Below, one piece after another: positions 31,503-41,456 of a DNA stretch of 64,000 nucleotides. The translations under genes were made by a program, and so were the position numbers. The stretch's first letter is position 1. The number at the start of each line of letters is the position of its first letter. Source of the DNA: an uncultured delta proteobacterium (GTDB lineage: Bacteria > Desulfobacterota > Zymogenia > Zymogenales > Zymogenaceae); assembly GCA_963735595.1 (NCBI GenBank), contig CAVTLK010000005.1, positions 576,001-640,000 of the forward strand. Direction: 5' to 3'. The notes beneath the pieces are model-generated. The model had not been told where the DNA came from. It saw only the letters and a list, made by a program, of their open reading frames with translations, and made no database searches.

Positions 31503-31822
31503 GTGACCAATGAAAGGGATAAGGCCCCGCGCGAGCGCAGCGCCACGATCAGGCAAGATATTATCGAACTGATGAAACGGGGCCCGGTGACCCCCTTTGA
31601 CCTCTCGGGGCTGCTGCGGGTCTCGGAGCGGGAAGCGGCCTTTCACCTGGCGCACGCGCTGGAGACGGCGGAGCGAAATACCGGATAGAGGTCGCACCCG
31701 CCCACTGCAAGTCCTGCGGCTTCGTCTTTAAGGAACGCAAGAAGGTAACCAAGCCCTCCCGCTGCCCGGAGTGTAAAGCGACGAGGGTCGAGGCGGCGGC
31801 CTATTGGATCAGGTCACCGTAG
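31503..31822 (+). CDS. HTH plus Zn-ribbon transcriptional regulator (COG3357-like), frameshift near 31680
   Basis: TIRQDIIELM...HLAH, then PAHCKSCGFVFKERKKVTKPSRCPECK. Confidence 0.78.
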
Positions 31823-32116
31823 GAGTGCCTTCGGTGTGTCTTTGACCGACAGGGGATGCGGTGGGACCTTTTGCAGGAGAACGGCGGCATTCTCGCGGGA
31901 GCGAAATCGGCCGTCTCGCGGCCCGCCGCCCGACAAATCCCCGCTATTGCCTTAATTTGCTTGAAACAACCGTTTTTTTATGGTATCTAAACGTTCTATG
32001 CCCTGACGGGTCCTCACGGATGCATGAATGCCGTGGTATTCGGGCCCAGGCGGCTTCGTCAACACACAGGACCCGGCGGCGGCCGGAAAAACGCTGAATA
32101 TAGGAAGGGGTATCTC

Positions 32117-32849
32117 ATGAAAGGCGTTATCCTCGCCGGCGGTCTCGGAACCAGGCTCTTTCCCCTGACCAGGGTCACCAACAAGCATCTCCTGCCCATC
32201 TATAACAAGCCGATGATCTTCTACCCGATCCAGGCCCTCGTAAACGCCGGGATTTCGGACATCCTGGTCGTCACCGGCGGCAACAGCGCCGGCGACTTCC
32301 TCAAGCTCCTGCGCAACGGCACCGATTTCGGCCTCAAGCGCCTCAACTACGCTTACCAGGAGGGAGAGGGGGGGATCGCCGACGCCCTGGCGTTGGCGGG
32401 GCACTTCGCCGAGGGTGAGAAGATATGCGTTATCCTCGGCGATAATATAATCGAAAAGAGCATCGCGGCCCAGGTGGCCGAATACGAGAAGCAGAAGGAA
32501 GGCGCCCGTATTCTCCTCAAGAAGGTCCCGGACCCCCAGCGTTTCGGCGTGCCGGTGTTTGACGGGAGACAAGATCGTTACGATCGAGGAAAAGCCGACA
32601 GACCCGAAATCGAACTTCGCCGTCATCGGCATCTACATGTACGATTCGAGGGTATTTGATATCATATCGGGCCTCTCGCCGTCCGACCGGGGAGAGCTTG
32701 AGATTACCGATGTGAACAATAAGTATATCGAATGGGGGACGCTCAGCTGGGGTGAAATTACCGGCTGGTGGACCGACGCCGGGACGTTTGATTCCCTGCT
32801 TTCGGCGGGGAGCCTCGTGGCCAAGACCGGCGCCAATTTGACGGACTAA
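32117..32849 (+). CDS. rmlA: Glucose-1-phosphate thymidylyltransferase (short type), frameshift near 32565
   Basis: ILAGGLGTRL, KHLLP, LGDN, EEKP, RGELEITD, WTDAGT. Confidence 0.88.
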
Positions 32850-32874
32850 AATCAGTTTAGGTCAGGGCGGACAG

Positions 32875-33330
32875 ATGATAGACGGGGTCATAATCAAGGA
32901 GCTGAAAGTCATCCCCGATGAGCGGGGCCGGCTTATGGAGATCCTGCGATCCGACGAGGAGACGTTCGACCGGTTCGGCCAGGTCTACATGACCACGGCA
33001 TATCCGGGGGTTGTCAAGGGATGGCACTACCACAAGATCCAGACCGATAATATGGTCGTCGTCTCCGGGATGATGAAGCTGGTGCTCTATGACGGGCGGG
33101 AACAGAGCCCCACGAAAGGCGAGGTCATGGAAATTTTTTTCGGGGAGAACCGCCCGTGTCTCGTGACGATACCGCCGATGATCTACCACGGGTTCAAATG
33201 CATCTCCGTGAAGGAGGCAATCGTCATAAACGTCCCCACGGAGGTCTATAACCGCACGCAGCCCGACGAATACCGGGTTCACCCCCACGACAACGACATC
33301 CCCTATCAGTGGGAGCGAAAGGACGGGTAA
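32875..33330 (+). CDS. rmlC: dTDP-4-dehydrorhamnose 3,5-epimerase
   Basis: DERG, KGWHYH, YHGF. Confidence 0.88.
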   Translation: MIDGVIIKELKVIPDERGRLMEILRSDEETFDRFGQVYMTTAYPGVVKGWHYHKIQTDNMVVVSGMMKLVLYDGREQSPTKGEVMEIFFGENRPCLVTIPPMIYHGFKCISVKEAIVINVPTEVYNRTQPDEYRVHPHDNDIPYQWERKDG

Positions 33331-33521
33331 TCGCCCCGAGAAATCTTCGCCCTCACGGGTGCCTATCGGGAGAGAGATCGGGTCGGCGGGGTGGCCCGGA
33401 TTACGATTTGTGGACCGCGTATGCCCCGCCCGTACGTTGTTATGATCCTATCATCCCGGACGTGTGACGCAATTGAAAGGCACCCGGGTAATCGTCTGAC
33501 CCGATTTTGTGAGACCGTTAC

Positions 33522-34533
33522 ATGAGACTACTGGTTACCGGAGGGGCCGGGTTCATCGGCTCCAATTTTATCCTCTATCTCCTCAAGAATGACCCCGACG
33601 TTACCGTCGTAAACCTGGATGTCCCTGACGTACGCCGGCAATCTCGAAAACCTCACGGCCGTGGAGAAGGATCCCCGCTATACCTTTGTCAAGGGCGACA
33701 TAGCCGACACCCGGGCCGTCGGCACGGCAATGGACATGGGGATAACCGCGGTGGTCAACTTTGCCGCCGAGTCCCACGTAGACCGCTCGATCATGGACCC
33801 CGACGCCTTTATCAGGACCAACGTCCTGGGCACCAACGTGTTATTGACGGCGGCGCGGGATCACAAGGTCGAGCGATTCATCCAGATATCCACCGACGAG
33901 GTCTACGGATCGCTGGGCCCCACGGGGCTCTTTACCGAGGATTCGCCCCTCAAGCCGACGAGCCCCTATTCGGCCAGCAAGACGGCGGCCGACCTTCTGG
34001 CCCTGGCCTATCACAAGACCTTCGGGCTTGCCGTTTCGGTGACCCGCTGTTCGAATAACTACGGGCCGTACCAGTTCCCGGAAAAGCTCATCCCGCTGTT
34101 TGTCACAAACGCCGTGGAAGATAAGAGCCTTCCCATATACGGCGACGGCAAAAATATCCGGGACTGGATATACGTGGAGGATCATTCCCGCGCCATCGAG
34201 ACCGTGCTGCGGGAGGGGAAACCGGGAGAGGTCTACAACGTCGGCGGCAACAACGAGCGGACAAATATCGAGATCACCGACTACATCCTGAAGGCGCTGG
34301 GAAAACCCGATTCCCTCAAGCGGTACGTTACCGACCGTCCCGGCCACGACCGGCGCTACGCGATCGACTCAACGAAGATCAAGCGGGAGCTCGGTTGGGC
34401 GCCCGGCTTTTCATTCGAGCAGGCCATGGCCGAGACCGTCGACTGGTACGTGAAAAACCGCCCCTGGTGGGAGGCCATCAAGAGCGGCAGGTACCAGGAC
34501 TATTACCGCAAACACTACGGAACACTGGAGTAG
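33522..34533 (+). CDS. rmlB: dTDP-glucose 4,6-dehydratase, frameshift near 33620
   Basis: TGGAGFIG, AAESHVDRS, STDEVYG, YSASK, RPGHDRRY. Confidence 0.93.
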
Positions 34534-34538
34534 GGCGC

Positions 34539-35402
34539 GTGAACATCCTCATCCTCGGCGGCAGGGGAATGCTGGGCCGCGACCTGGAAGCGGTCCTTCT
34601 CGGCCGGCCCGACCGACACCGGGTAACCGTGTGGGATATCGAGGATATCGATATAACCGATGCCCGGGCCGTCCACGAGGCGCTTGGGCGCGATCGTTTC
34701 GAAGTGGTGATCAACTGCGCGGCGTATACGGCGGTCGATAACGCCGAGAAGGAAAAAGAGGCGGCGCTGGCAGTCAACGCCACGGGCGCCCGGAACGTCG
34801 CTGCGGGGGCCCGGGCTGCGCAAAGCCGGAGCGTCCTGCTCTCGACCGACTACGTCTTCGACGGCTCGGGAGGGCGGCCGTATCGGGAGGACGACGAGCC
34901 GTGCCCTGTCAACTACTACGGATATACGAAGCTGGTGGGCGAGCGGCTTGCCCGGGAAGCTGATCCCGATTGCCTGATCGTCCGCACGCAGTGGCTCTAT
35001 GGGGCAGGCGGGAAAAATTTCGTCGAGACAATGCTGAAGCTTGCCGAGACCAGGAAGACCCTCTCGGTAGTGGACGATCAGCGCGGCAGCCCTACCTGGA
35101 CCGTCGATCTCGCCGGGGCAACCGCGGCGCTGGTGGAACGAAAGCTCCGGGGTATCTATCACGTGAGCAACGCCGGCCAGACCACCTGGTGCGGCTTTGC
35201 CCGAAGGATCTTTGAGACGGCGCAGCGGGACGTGGAGGTCCTCCCGATTACGGCGGCGGAGTTCAACGCGCCGGCCGCGAGGCCGAATAACTCCGTTTTT
35301 GATATGGCCAAGCTGATCAGGGATACCGGGCATACTCCCCGGGATTGGACGGAGGCGCTGCGGGATTACCTGGCGACACGGCACGAGCACGGGGGCCGAT
35401 AG
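34539..35402 (+). CDS. rmlD: dTDP-4-dehydrorhamnose reductase
   Basis: GGRGMLG, AAYTAVD, STDYVFDG, YGYTK, DQRGSPT. Confidence 0.93.
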   Translation: MNILILGGRGMLGRDLEAVLLGRPDRHRVTVWDIEDIDITDARAVHEALGRDRFEVVINCAAYTAVDNAEKEKEAALAVNATGARNVAAGARAAQSRSVLLSTDYVFDGSGGRPYREDDEPCPVNYYGYTKLVGERLAREADPDCLIVRTQWLYGAGGKNFVETMLKLAETRKTLSVVDDQRGSPTWTVDLAGATAALVERKLRGIYHVSNAGQTTWCGFARRIFETAQRDVEVLPITAAEFNAPAARPNNSVFDMAKLIRDTGHTPRDWTEALRDYLATRHEHGGR

Positions 35403-35446
35403 AAACGATAGGAACGAAAGGAACCGAGGCGGGCGGATTGTTGTCT

Positions 35447-36145
35447 ATGAACAAAGATAGGAGCGAGATCAAGAAGAGCCACGTCCGGGAATTTATCGAA
35501 TCGCGTTGTTTTTGCCCTCATGATGGCCCTGGTCGTGATGACGTTTATCGTCCAGTCGTTCGAGATACCGTCCGGATCGATGATCCCGACGCTTCTCCTG
35601 GGCGACCGGATACTCGTCAATAAGTTCATCTTCGGGACGAGGGTCCCCTTTACCGGCTGTCAAGCTTTTCCCCCTGAGGGAGCCGGCGCGGGGCGAGATC
35701 GTCGTTTTCCTGCCCCCACGGAACTTTGTATCCCCGGTGGGGCGGGACGTTCACCTGATCAAGCGGGTGATCGGCCTGCCGGGGGATACGGTGGAGATCG
35801 TGGAAAAGCGCCTGTATGTCAATGGGAGCGAGTTTTCGGTACCCAACGCCCACTGGGACGATCCGGGCGTTATGGAGGGCTGGTCGTCGGTACGGGATAA
35901 TTTCGGCCCCGTCGTCGTCCCGCCGGGTTCTTACTTCATGATGGGAGATAACCGGGACAACAGCTACGATTCCCGATTCTGGGGGTTCGTTCTCGAGGCC
36001 GAGACTTACCGGAAAACCGATCATGATTTATTGGTCCTGGGATATCACCGCCCCTTCCCTCCTGGAGCGGGTCCGCGCCATCCGATGGGAGAGGATCGGT
36101 GACATCTTCCATCGGGACGGACGAGGTCGGCCGGGTAATCACTAA
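35447..36145 (+). CDS. lepB: Signal peptidase I, copy 1 (frameshifted)
   Basis: IPSGSMIPT, IKRVIGLPGD, GDNRDNSYDSRFWG across frames. Confidence 0.85.
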
Positions 36146-36173
36146 CCCTTGTCTTATCGTACAGGATTGACCT

Positions 36174-36830
36174 ATGACAAACAATAAAGAGCGACGCACC
36201 AGACCCAATGCAACCCGCGAGTATATCGAGGCCATCATTTTTGCGCTGATCCTTGCCCTGATCATCAAGACCTTCTTCGTCCAGGCCTTCAAGATCCCGT
36301 CCGGCTCGATGATCCCGACGCTTTTAAAGGGCGACCAGATCCTCGTCAATAAATTCATTTACGGAACGCGGGTACCCCTGTCGGACGTGAAGGTCCTGAC
36401 AGTCCGGGAGCCGCGGCGGGGGGATATCGTCGTCTTCGAATACCCGGAGGACAGGGGCATCCATTACATCAAGCGGCTCATCGGGCTTCCCGGCGATACC
36501 ATCGAGGTCATTAATAAGGCCGTCTTCGTAAACGGGGAACCATTTGCCGTGCCCCCGGCCCAATACGAGGACCCCGAGACGCTCCCCTCGGCGATCTCGG
36601 TGCGGGATAACTTCGGGCCGGTGGTCGTCCCCCCCCATTCATACTTTATGATGGGCGACAACCGGGACAACAGCAGGGACTCCCGCTTCTGGGGATTCGT
36701 CGATAACGCGGAGCTCGTCGGCAACGCCGTGGTGATCTACTGGTCGTGGGACATCTCATCGGGGGGGCTGGCCGAGAAGATCAAGAACGTCCGCTGGGGG
36801 AGGCTCGGCATGGTACTGCTCAATAAGTAG
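36174..36830 (+). CDS. lepB: Signal peptidase I, copy 2 (intact)
   Basis: IPSGSMIPT, IKRLIGLPGD, GDNRDNSRDSRFWG. Confidence 0.95.
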   Translation: MTNNKERRTRPNATREYIEAIIFALILALIIKTFFVQAFKIPSGSMIPTLLKGDQILVNKFIYGTRVPLSDVKVLTVREPRRGDIVVFEYPEDRGIHYIKRLIGLPGDTIEVINKAVFVNGEPFAVPPAQYEDPETLPSAISVRDNFGPVVVPPHSYFMMGDNRDNSRDSRFWGFVDNAELVGNAVVIYWSWDISSGGLAEKIKNVRWGRLGMVLLNK

Positions 36831-36838
36831 GGACGTTG

Positions 36839-37380
36839 ATGAAACGGAACGCCCCCCTGGTTATCCTCCTTTCGGCCCTTACCATCATCTCTCTGGCCTA
36901 TTTCGCGCTATTTGCCAACGTAAAAATTGAATCGCCGGCGATGGAGCCGGCGATTGACGCCGGTGACTACCTGCTGGTCCGGCGCACCGCCTACGGCCTG
37001 AGGCTGCCGTTTATCGGCGAGGTCGTGCGCATGGGCCGGCCCGCGCGGGGCGATATCGTCTTGATCAAAAAAAGGCGCGAAGGGCTACGAGACATATCAC
37101 CGCGGTGCTCAGGGTCGTGGGTTTGCCGGGGGAGGTGATCTCGATTACCGATAAAGAGGTCTGGATAGACGGGGAGCGGCTTCCCGAGGGCTATGTGGCC
37201 TTTTCGGACGACCGTGTCTACCCCGAGGCTCTGTCGGCCCGGGACAATATGACGGCCATTGTCGTGCCGGACGACGCCTTTTTTGTGATGGGAGACCGGC
37301 GTGACAGTACGACCGACAGCCGCTTTTTCGGGGCGGTGGCCGGGGACGAGATCATGGGGAAGGTCGTGCTGGTCTTATGA
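36839..37380 (+). CDS. Signal peptidase I homologue lacking the catalytic Ser and Lys (frameshift near 37070-37100)
   Basis: ESPAMEP in place of PSGSMIP; VLRVVGLPG in place of IKRLIGLPG; GDRRDSTTDSRFFG retained. Confidence 0.8.
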
Positions 37381-37411
37381 TACGGCCGGGTAGTAAGGGA
37401 CCATCACCCCG

Positions 37412-38873
37412 CTAATCCGGGCATCCAGGATGTGAGGACAACCCGGCGCGCCGCGGCAAGGGCGAACGGTCGATGGCCGCCCGGGCATACCGGATAATTC
37501 CCCCGATTGTTACTATTTCGAGCCTTTCCACGAACGATCTCATTTGAAGCTCGATCAATGCCCGCGAGTACAAGAACCGACGGAACCATCGATAGAGCCT
37601 GCCGGTAACGCCGGTCTGTCTTTGGTGCAGCGGACGGCCGTTGACCGCCGCCTCAAAACAGGTCTTGAGCAGGGCGAAGCTGCGTTGCTCGCGCGGTTTG
37701 GACCATACCCGGGCGGCCCATCGGCGATACTGCCGTGGAAGGCCAAACGGAGTGATCGGGAATATACCCATCGGAGAGGAGAGGAATCTCCGACGGATAA
37801 CGGTCTGGGCAAACAGGAAGAAGTGGAGGATCGGGTCGTACGGCCAATGATGAGAACGGAGTTCTCCGGTAACCGAGGCGAAATCGATAAGCGCCGAGCC
37901 TCCGTCCTCATCGACCAGGATATTCCATTGCCCGACGTCATTGTGGTAGAGGCCGACCCGTTCCAGGGCATACAGGCGTTCCAGCACGTCGCGAAGCACC
38001 AATGCGGGATTATAGTCTATCTCCTGCAGTACGGCCGTCGTGAGAAGAATCCCCGGGAGGCGTTCCATCACGAGGACGCCGTCATAGCCGCCGATATGGT
38101 ACCCGATGAGACGGGGTATGGATGCGTCCTCGATCGGCGGTTCCGACAGGAACGAGATCTCCCGCTCTATTTCGCGACGGTTGTCTTGTGCCGCCGAACC
38201 GCAAAAACAGTAGCTCTTGACAATCGTATCGGCACAGAAGAAGTACCGCCGCGTGCCCCGACGAAATCGCCCCGTTATCTCGCTGGAATGGGATGTCCAC
38301 GAGTCAAACGCGCCCAGGTGGCCGCCGGCGTACCAGTACCGGTTGCTGCAAAACAGGAGAACCCGGCGCCCGGGCGTGCCGCCGTCGTTAGATTCCGAGA
38401 CCGTGTGGACAAACGCAAAGCTACTCCGCAGGCGTTTGAGTTCGTCGGGGAGTTCGTCACGCTGTCGCGCGGTACGACCGTCCCATACCGTTTCAAACAA
38501 CAAAACTCCGACCCTTTTTGCGCACCCGTGTGCGGCATCCAGCAGCGCCGTCTCGCACGCGCCCGTCCTCGCCCTGACGGGGGACGGAGCAGAGCACCAG
38601 GTCGCAGCTATCGGGCCAGACCGAGGCCGATCCAGGGTCCATAATAAAATGTGGGAAGTGCTGCCGGTGTGGGCTGTGACCAAGATCGATCACCTTCACC
38701 GGGCGCCGCAGGTAGCCCCACAGGGCCGCGTAAACGGCCCGGACGGCGGGCCGGCCGTCGGCAGCTATCGGGCTGGGGGTATCATCCTGAGTTGACGGCG
38801 CAAAATCCGAAGGATCGATCCAGAGCGGAGCCGAATTGATATCGAGGGCCGTGTTATCGTATGGGTTGGTCAT
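37412..38873 (-). CDS. WbdD-like protein: degenerate methyltransferase domain plus kinase domain (frameshift near 38570)
   Basis: RPVKVIDLG, GTRRYFF, EISFLSEPP, LVMERLPG, YHNDVGQWNILVD and LIDFAS match E. coli WbdD motifs as I recall them. Confidence 0.7.
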
Positions 38874-39266
38874 AAGGTATGCGGTTCAAATCCGGATCGG
38901 GTTCCCGGTAACGATCCGGTAGCAATTCCGAGCCGCCGTATTGCGCCACCAGACGCCGGGTGAATAATTTATCGACGATTTCGACCTCAGTCGCCAGGAA
39001 GCCGTACGCATTGAGCATATATATAATGAATCAGCATAAAAGCGGATAATAGTTTATAGTAATCGTCCGGTCAAGGAAAAAGGCGGCCATTCTTCCGTCA
39101 GACGCCGGACGTGACGGTTTCTCATTGACAGTCCGTCGGGAAAAATGCTACAAAACAGCTACGGATAGCTTCGTAACCGGGGTAAATCGGCACGTAAGCG
39201 TCCGGGCGCGGTTGCACCTTTCCATGCGTCAGGCATCCAACCATCATCCACGGCAAGGAGCGTCCC

Positions 39267-40277
39267 ATGCCTATACCCGATCAACTGAAGGACTATGCGG
39301 CCAGGCTCGGATTTCCCACCTCCGAGACAATGGGTGCAATCCTTTCCATCCTCTTTCACGACGAGCCGTCCCGTTTGCTTGCCGCCGCCATGCCCGGCAC
39401 GGCGGCAGAGCTGGCCCAAAAGACCGGCATCCCGCAGGACCGCGCGGAGGCGATGCTGGCTGACCTCACGCGCAAGGGTGTGGTCAATCACGTTATCAGG
39501 AAAGGGAGCTACCGCCTCTTTCCGGCCATGATCGAGCTTCGGGACGCTACCGTCATGATCGACGATCACCCGAAAGAGCTCATCCTGCTATGGGAAAAGC
39601 TCGTCCGTCAGGAGTTGCCCGCGCTCGTGCCCGCCTTCAGACAGCTCAAGGTTCCGCCGATGCTCAGGGCGGTGCCCATCGAGGAGACGGTCAATCCCAG
39701 GGGTGCGGTGCTGGATGTCGATTCGGCAAGGCGGATCTTTACCGAGGCCGCGCTGATCACGGCGGTCCCCTGCCCCTGCCGGACCCAGGCAAAGGCGGTC
39801 GGCAGGTCTCCGGACTGCCCGGCGCCGGAAACGTCAGTCTGTATGCAGACCAACGGGTTTGCCGAGGCGGTCATCGATCGCGGGGTGGGCGAGCGGCTTA
39901 CCAGCGCCGAGGCGCTCAGGCGCATCGGCGAGGCCGAGGACGCGGGGCTGGTCCACCTGGTGCGCAATAACGTCAAGGAAGACATGTTCATGTGCAACTG
40001 CTGTTCGTGCTGCTGCACGGGGCTCTTCATGATCAACGAGCTGGGCTACCGGGAGGCCTACGCCCGCTCGCGGTTCGTGGTGAAATACGACGAGGATTCC
40101 TGCACCGGGTGCGGTTTGTGCGAGGACCGCTGCCAGCTTCACGCGATCACGATGGACGAGCGGGCCGTCGTTGATATCGACAAGTGCTTCGGGTGCGGCA
40201 ACTGCGCCCTGATCTGCCCGTCCGGGGCGCTGTCGCTCGTGGAGGCGCGGCCGGTGGAGTCTATCAGGAGGACGTGA
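39267..40277 (+). CDS. Cys-rich 4Fe-4S binding protein, paralogue of 3269-4354
   Basis: PCPCR, AEDAGLVH, MCNCCSCCC, CTGCGLCEDRC, CFGCGNCALICP. Confidence 0.88.
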   Translation: MPIPDQLKDYAARLGFPTSETMGAILSILFHDEPSRLLAAAMPGTAAELAQKTGIPQDRAEAMLADLTRKGVVNHVIRKGSYRLFPAMIELRDATVMIDDHPKELILLWEKLVRQELPALVPAFRQLKVPPMLRAVPIEETVNPRGAVLDVDSARRIFTEAALITAVPCPCRTQAKAVGRSPDCPAPETSVCMQTNGFAEAVIDRGVGERLTSAEALRRIGEAEDAGLVHLVRNNVKEDMFMCNCCSCCCTGLFMINELGYREAYARSRFVVKYDEDSCTGCGLCEDRCQLHAITMDERAVVDIDKCFGCGNCALICPSGALSLVEARPVESIRRT

Positions 40278-40451
40278 GGCTTACGCCGGCCATCCGAACC
40301 GTCCCGAACCGCCGTACGGAAGGATTTGCCTCGAATCCTCACCGGCGGGAGCTTAAAAAAAGGGTCGAAAAATCCATTGACATCCGGGGCGGAAAATGAT
40401 ACTTAATTAAAAGATATCATTTATACGGGGGAATAAGGAATGGGCGGTTTC

Positions 40452-40817
40452 ATGAGATCGCTCGGCAATGAACGGGGGAAAAGCAAATTAGCCACACTCC
40501 TTATCCTTGCCATTATCGTGTTCGTTTTTTATTCCGCTATCCAATTTGTCCCGCCCGTTGTCGACTATCTCAAGATGAAAAACATCGCCTATGATACCAT
40601 GAACTCGGTCGGCAAAAAGGGTAACGACGCCATCCTGGACCGGGTCTTCAGCATGGCCAGGAAGTCCGGTATCGAGGTTAACCCGGAAAACGTAACCGTT
40701 CAGCAGGAGGAAGGGGGGCCGGCGACGCTGGTGATCGACTACTCGGAGACGGTGGTAATAATCAAGGATAAGCTCGAAAAGACCCTCAATTTTCATATCG
40801 AGGAGACGGCGCGATAG
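40452..40817 (+). CDS. DUF4845-like membrane-anchored protein with a pilin-like leader
   Basis: NERG followed by a hydrophobic helix ending in VPP; small periplasmic domain. Confidence 0.55.
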   Translation: MRSLGNERGKSKLATLLILAIIVFVFYSAIQFVPPVVDYLKMKNIAYDTMNSVGKKGNDAILDRVFSMARKSGIEVNPENVTVQQEEGGPATLVIDYSETVVIIKDKLEKTLNFHIEETAR

Positions 40818-40849
40818 AATCCCATCGTCTTCTTACCGCGTGAAAACCC

Positions 40850-40875
40850 AGCCTCCCTCAAGGGAGGCTTTTTTT
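40850..40875 (+). terminator. Intrinsic terminator directly upstream of pyrR (possible attenuator)
   Basis: AGCCTCCCT-CA-AGGGAGGCT followed by T6, 11 nt before the pyrR ATG. Confidence 0.8.
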
Positions 40876-40886
40876 CAGGGGACGAC

Positions 40887-41438
40887 ATGGAAACAACCGA
40901 AAACAGAAGGATGCTTCTCTCTCCCCAGGAGATCGATCGGATACTGAACCGGCTGGCCTCCGAGATCCTGGAGAAATATCCTGACCTCTCCACCCTGGTT
41001 CTTATCGGGATGAGAACCGGCGGAATACTGCTTGCCCGAATACTTCAGGACAAGATCAGGGCAGGCGAGGGGATAGAGCTGCCGATCGGGGTTCTGGACA
41101 TAACCCTCTATCGGGACGATATCACGACCACCAACCAGCACCACTTTGTTCGGAAGACGGAGATCCCCTTTTCGCTGGGCGGAAAGGACGTCGTGCTTGT
41201 GGATGATGTCCTGTTTACCGGAAGATCCACACGGGCGGCGCTGGACGCGATGATGGATCACGGCAGACCCAAGACGGTCCGCCTGGCGGTCCTGATTGAC
41301 CGCGGCCAGCGTGAGCTGCCCATCAGGCCCGATTTCGTCGGTAAAGACGTGACGGTACTCCCGGACGAGACGGTCGAGGTCCTGTTCGACGAAAAGGGGG
41401 TGCTGCTGGGGGCGGTGGTCGAAAAACGCAAGCAATAA
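40887..41438 (+). CDS. pyrR: PyrR attenuation regulator / uracil phosphoribosyltransferase
   Basis: LDITLYRDD, LVDDVLFTGR, DRGQRELPIRPDFVG. Confidence 0.95.
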   Translation: METTENRRMLLSPQEIDRILNRLASEILEKYPDLSTLVLIGMRTGGILLARILQDKIRAGEGIELPIGVLDITLYRDDITTTNQHHFVRKTEIPFSLGGKDVVLVDDVLFTGRSTRAALDAMMDHGRPKTVRLAVLIDRGQRELPIRPDFVGKDVTVLPDETVEVLFDEKGVLLGAVVEKRKQ

Positions 41439-41456
41439 TACCTCGGGGAAACCATA

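Noticed and set aside
38870..38895. tRNA-fMet-like fragment (TCATAAGGT..CGGTTCAAATCCGG)
   Set aside because: Only a T-arm-like match, with no acceptor stem, D arm or CCA. It could be an att relic beside the WbdD-like gene, but chance is equally plausible.
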